This document shows, one piece after another, positions 7,443 through 9,233 of a stretch of DNA of 9,233 bases. Under the pieces are notes generated by a model. It had not been told where the DNA came from and made no database searches. It worked only from the letters and a program-made list of their open reading frames with translations. The position numbers and the translations under genes were made by a program. The stretch comes from a virus (taxonomy: Duplodnaviria > Heunggongvirae > Uroviricota > Caudoviricetes), in IMG/VR virus record IMGVR_UViG_2630968558_000007, positions 1 through 9,233 of that record; one strand, 5' to 3'. Each line of letters opens with the position of its first letter. Position 1 is the stretch's first letter.

Positions 7443-7829
7443 ATGGGATTCCCGAGTCCAGCACAAGACTACGTTGAAGAGCGCATATCGCTCGACAAGT
7501 GCATCATAAGCAGGCCAGCGGCAACGTACTTCATGCGAGCGGGTGCGACGCACTACCGGGAAGGTATCCTGAATGGCGCGCTGCTGGTTGTGGATGCTTC
7601 GCTATCACCATGCGACGGCTCATTACTTGTTTGCAGAATGGAAGGTGAGCTGAGGATTAAGCGATACCGCAAATCACCCAAGGTTCACCTGGAAGATTTG
7701 CAGACAGGAAGAAGGGAGGCTATACCTCTGCACGATGACGGAACGAGCCCTGATGCGATATTTGGCGTAATCACCTACATCATCAACGATGCGCGGACGG
7801 GTGAGTTTGATGATTGCCCGGTGATGTGA
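7443..7829 (+). CDS. UmuD'-like protein (S24 LexA/UmuD-family C-terminal domain, N-terminally pre-truncated, predicted non-catalytic)
   Basis: 128 aa. MGFPSPAQDYVEERISLD…ATYF… aligns with E. coli UmuD from Gly25 onward (UmuD: C|GFPSPAADYVEQRIDLN…SATYF). The UmuD GDSM catalytic-Ser motif is replaced by ATHY; the Lys-containing region is retained (ELRIKRY vs EFTVKKL). Strong SD, LexA box upstream, no umuC-like gene in the window. Confidence 0.8.
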   Translation: MGFPSPAQDYVEERISLDKCIISRPAATYFMRAGATHYREGILNGALLVVDASLSPCDGSLLVCRMEGELRIKRYRKSPKVHLEDLQTGRREAIPLHDDGTSPDAIFGVITYIINDARTGEFDDCPVM

Positions 7830-7899
7830 GACAGAAATGAGACACAAAAAGCTTTGCACTGAATTGCAAGGCTTAGTGCTGTCAGAGATATAGCGTTGG

Positions 7900-9057
7900 T
7901 TAGCCCACCTTTTCATCAAGCCAATCCGCCCACCACTGCATCATCTCCCTGCGCTTATCGAGATACTGAGCATGGTTGTAAATTCCACGCACAGATCCGC
8001 CATTGGCATGTGCCAGTTGCACTTCAATAGCATCAGCAGGCCATTCGTGCTCGTTCATAATCGTACTGAATTCATGCCTGAATCCGTGACCGCTTTCCAG
8101 ACCCTCATAGCCGATTTGTTTGATCACAAGTAATACCGCGTTCTCGCAGATTGGCTTCTTCTTATCATTACGCCCGGCAAAAACAAACTCTGATACTGGT
8201 TTGGTGATGGAGCTTAACGTAGTGAGAAGTTCAACCACTTGGTCCGACATCGGGACCACATGAATCTTGCGTCCCTTCATCACACTGGCGTCGATAGTGA
8301 TAATCCTGTTTTCAAAATCGACGTTCTTCCATAGCATAGAACGAAGCTCTTTCGTTCTTAGGGCTGTGTAGCGTAAAACTTTGGTCGCAATGAGCGATAC
8401 GATACTTCCTGAAAATGTTGCCAGTGCTTTGTTGAATGTCGGGATCTGGTCTGCAGGAAGAAACGGGAAGTTCTTCTTGCGGTATCCCTTCATGGCGTCA
8501 GCAAGATCAGGTGCCGGGTTATATTTAGCCCTTCCGGTGACAATAGCGTAACGGAAAACCTCGCCGCATCTTCTGCGTGCTTTGTTGGCTCGTTCCATTG
8601 CACCGCGATCTTCAAACCTGCGGATTACTTCAAGAAGTTGCATCGGCTCAATATCCTGAATTTCAAGACCGCCGATGATGGGTAAAATGTCGTCATCAAA
8701 CATTTTGGCAAGTTCAGTCGTATACCCTACAGACCAGACTTGCTTCTTGTGCTCGTACCATTCCTTGTAAATGGCGCTAAAGGAATTGTTGTTAGACGAA
8801 GCCTTTTTCGCCTTTACCGGATCGATGCCAACCGAGATGTCTTTCCTCGCAGTCCATGCTTTATCCCTTGCCTCTTGCAAAGTCATAAGCGGATATTTTC
8901 CGACGGTCAGGATTTTCTCCTTACCGTCAATCTTGTAGCGAAGCTGCCATACCTTTTTCCCTGACACAGGGACATAAAGGTACAGGCCATTACCATCGAG
9001 AAGGCGGTATGGTTTTTCTTTCGGCTTTGCTGCTTCAATCTGCTTAACGGTGAGCAT
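7900..9057 (-). CDS. int: P4-type tyrosine integrase (IntS-like, tRNA-Arg-associated)
   Basis: Product from ATG 9057 is 385 aa, MLTVKQIEAAKPKEKPYRLLDGNGLYLYVPVSGKKVWQLRY… (P4-type N-terminal arm-binding domain), with C-terminal catalytic motifs HGFRHEF and RGIYNHAQY. The track ORF extends to GTG 9093, a less likely start. Adjacent to a tRNA-Arg 3' end, like E. coli K-12 intS next to argW. Confidence 0.9.
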   Translation of the reverse strand: MLTVKQIEAAKPKEKPYRLLDGNGLYLYVPVSGKKVWQLRYKIDGKEKILTVGKYPLMTLQEARDKAWTARKDISVGIDPVKAKKASSNNNSFSAIYKEWYEHKKQVWSVGYTTELAKMFDDDILPIIGGLEIQDIEPMQLLEVIRRFEDRGAMERANKARRRCGEVFRYAIVTGRAKYNPAPDLADAMKGYRKKNFPFLPADQIPTFNKALATFSGSIVSLIATKVLRYTALRTKELRSMLWKNVDFENRIITIDASVMKGRKIHVVPMSDQVVELLTTLSSITKPVSEFVFAGRNDKKKPICENAVLLVIKQIGYEGLESGHGFRHEFSTIMNEHEWPADAIEVQLAHANGGSVRGIYNHAQYLDKRREMMQWWADWLDEKVG

Positions 9058-9218
9058 GGGTAAAAATCCGGTGGGTAAAATTATTTTATCCACTTTTTAC
9101 CCGTCATGGAGTGCGGCTGTCAACGATCTGACGCGAACCATTACGAACTGTGAATCTACGGAAGGCTTGATATTCAGGGGATTTTGCGGACTGGTACGGA
9201 TGGGAGCGAACTGATAAA

Positions 9219-9233
9219 TGGTGTCCCCTGCAG
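9219..9233 (-). tRNA. argW: 3' terminal segment of tRNA-Arg (argW-like), cut by the window edge; attachment-site core or end of the intact tRNA gene
   Basis: Reverse complement of 9219-9233 is CTGCAGGGGACACCA, matching the 3' end (…TTCGATTCCTGCAGGGGACACCA) of E. coli tRNA-Arg(CCU) argW as I recall it. Same orientation as int and about 160 bp upstream of its start. Only 15 nt are visible. Confidence 0.5.

Noticed and set aside
7674-7919. 81-aa minus-strand ORF overlapping the umuD'-like 3' end and the int stop
   Set aside because: It overlaps two better-supported genes and has no recognisable motifs.
8740-8964. 74-aa plus-strand ORF inside the integrase gene
   Set aside because: Antisense to the integrase, which has clear P4-type motifs.
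1-9233. CRISPR arrays, rRNA genes or insertion sequences
   Set aside because: No regularly spaced direct repeats, no rRNA-like conserved stretches, and no transposase-like ORF or terminal inverted repeats were seen. The only mobile-element features are the phage integrase and att-related sequence.

Overview
This window reads as the tailspike/immI/integrase end of a P22-like (Sf6/HK620-type) temperate podovirus prophage lying next to a tRNA-Arg (argW-like) attachment site. All calls rest on reading the sequence and on recalled family signatures; no database search was run. Left to right: the last 60 nt of an upstream late gene; a 613-aa gp16-like ejection protein; a minus-strand operon of mnt plus two small signal-peptide proteins of unknown function; the immI control region with Arc and Mnt operators that match my recollection of the P22 sites exactly; arc; a KilA-N-type antirepressor; a terminator; a mosaic tailspike (conserved head-binding domain, divergent receptor-binding domain); an AT-rich acyltransferase-3 (Oac-like) gene; a LexA-box-preceded umuD'-like gene that starts exactly at the UmuD self-cleavage site, lacks the catalytic Ser and has no umuC partner; a P4-type tyrosine integrase; and 15 nt matching the 3' end of tRNA-Arg at the window edge. 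The two strongest candidates for undescribed biology are the orphan SOS-controlled UmuD' mimic and the mnt-coupled secreted-protein pair sitting where P22 carries sieA.
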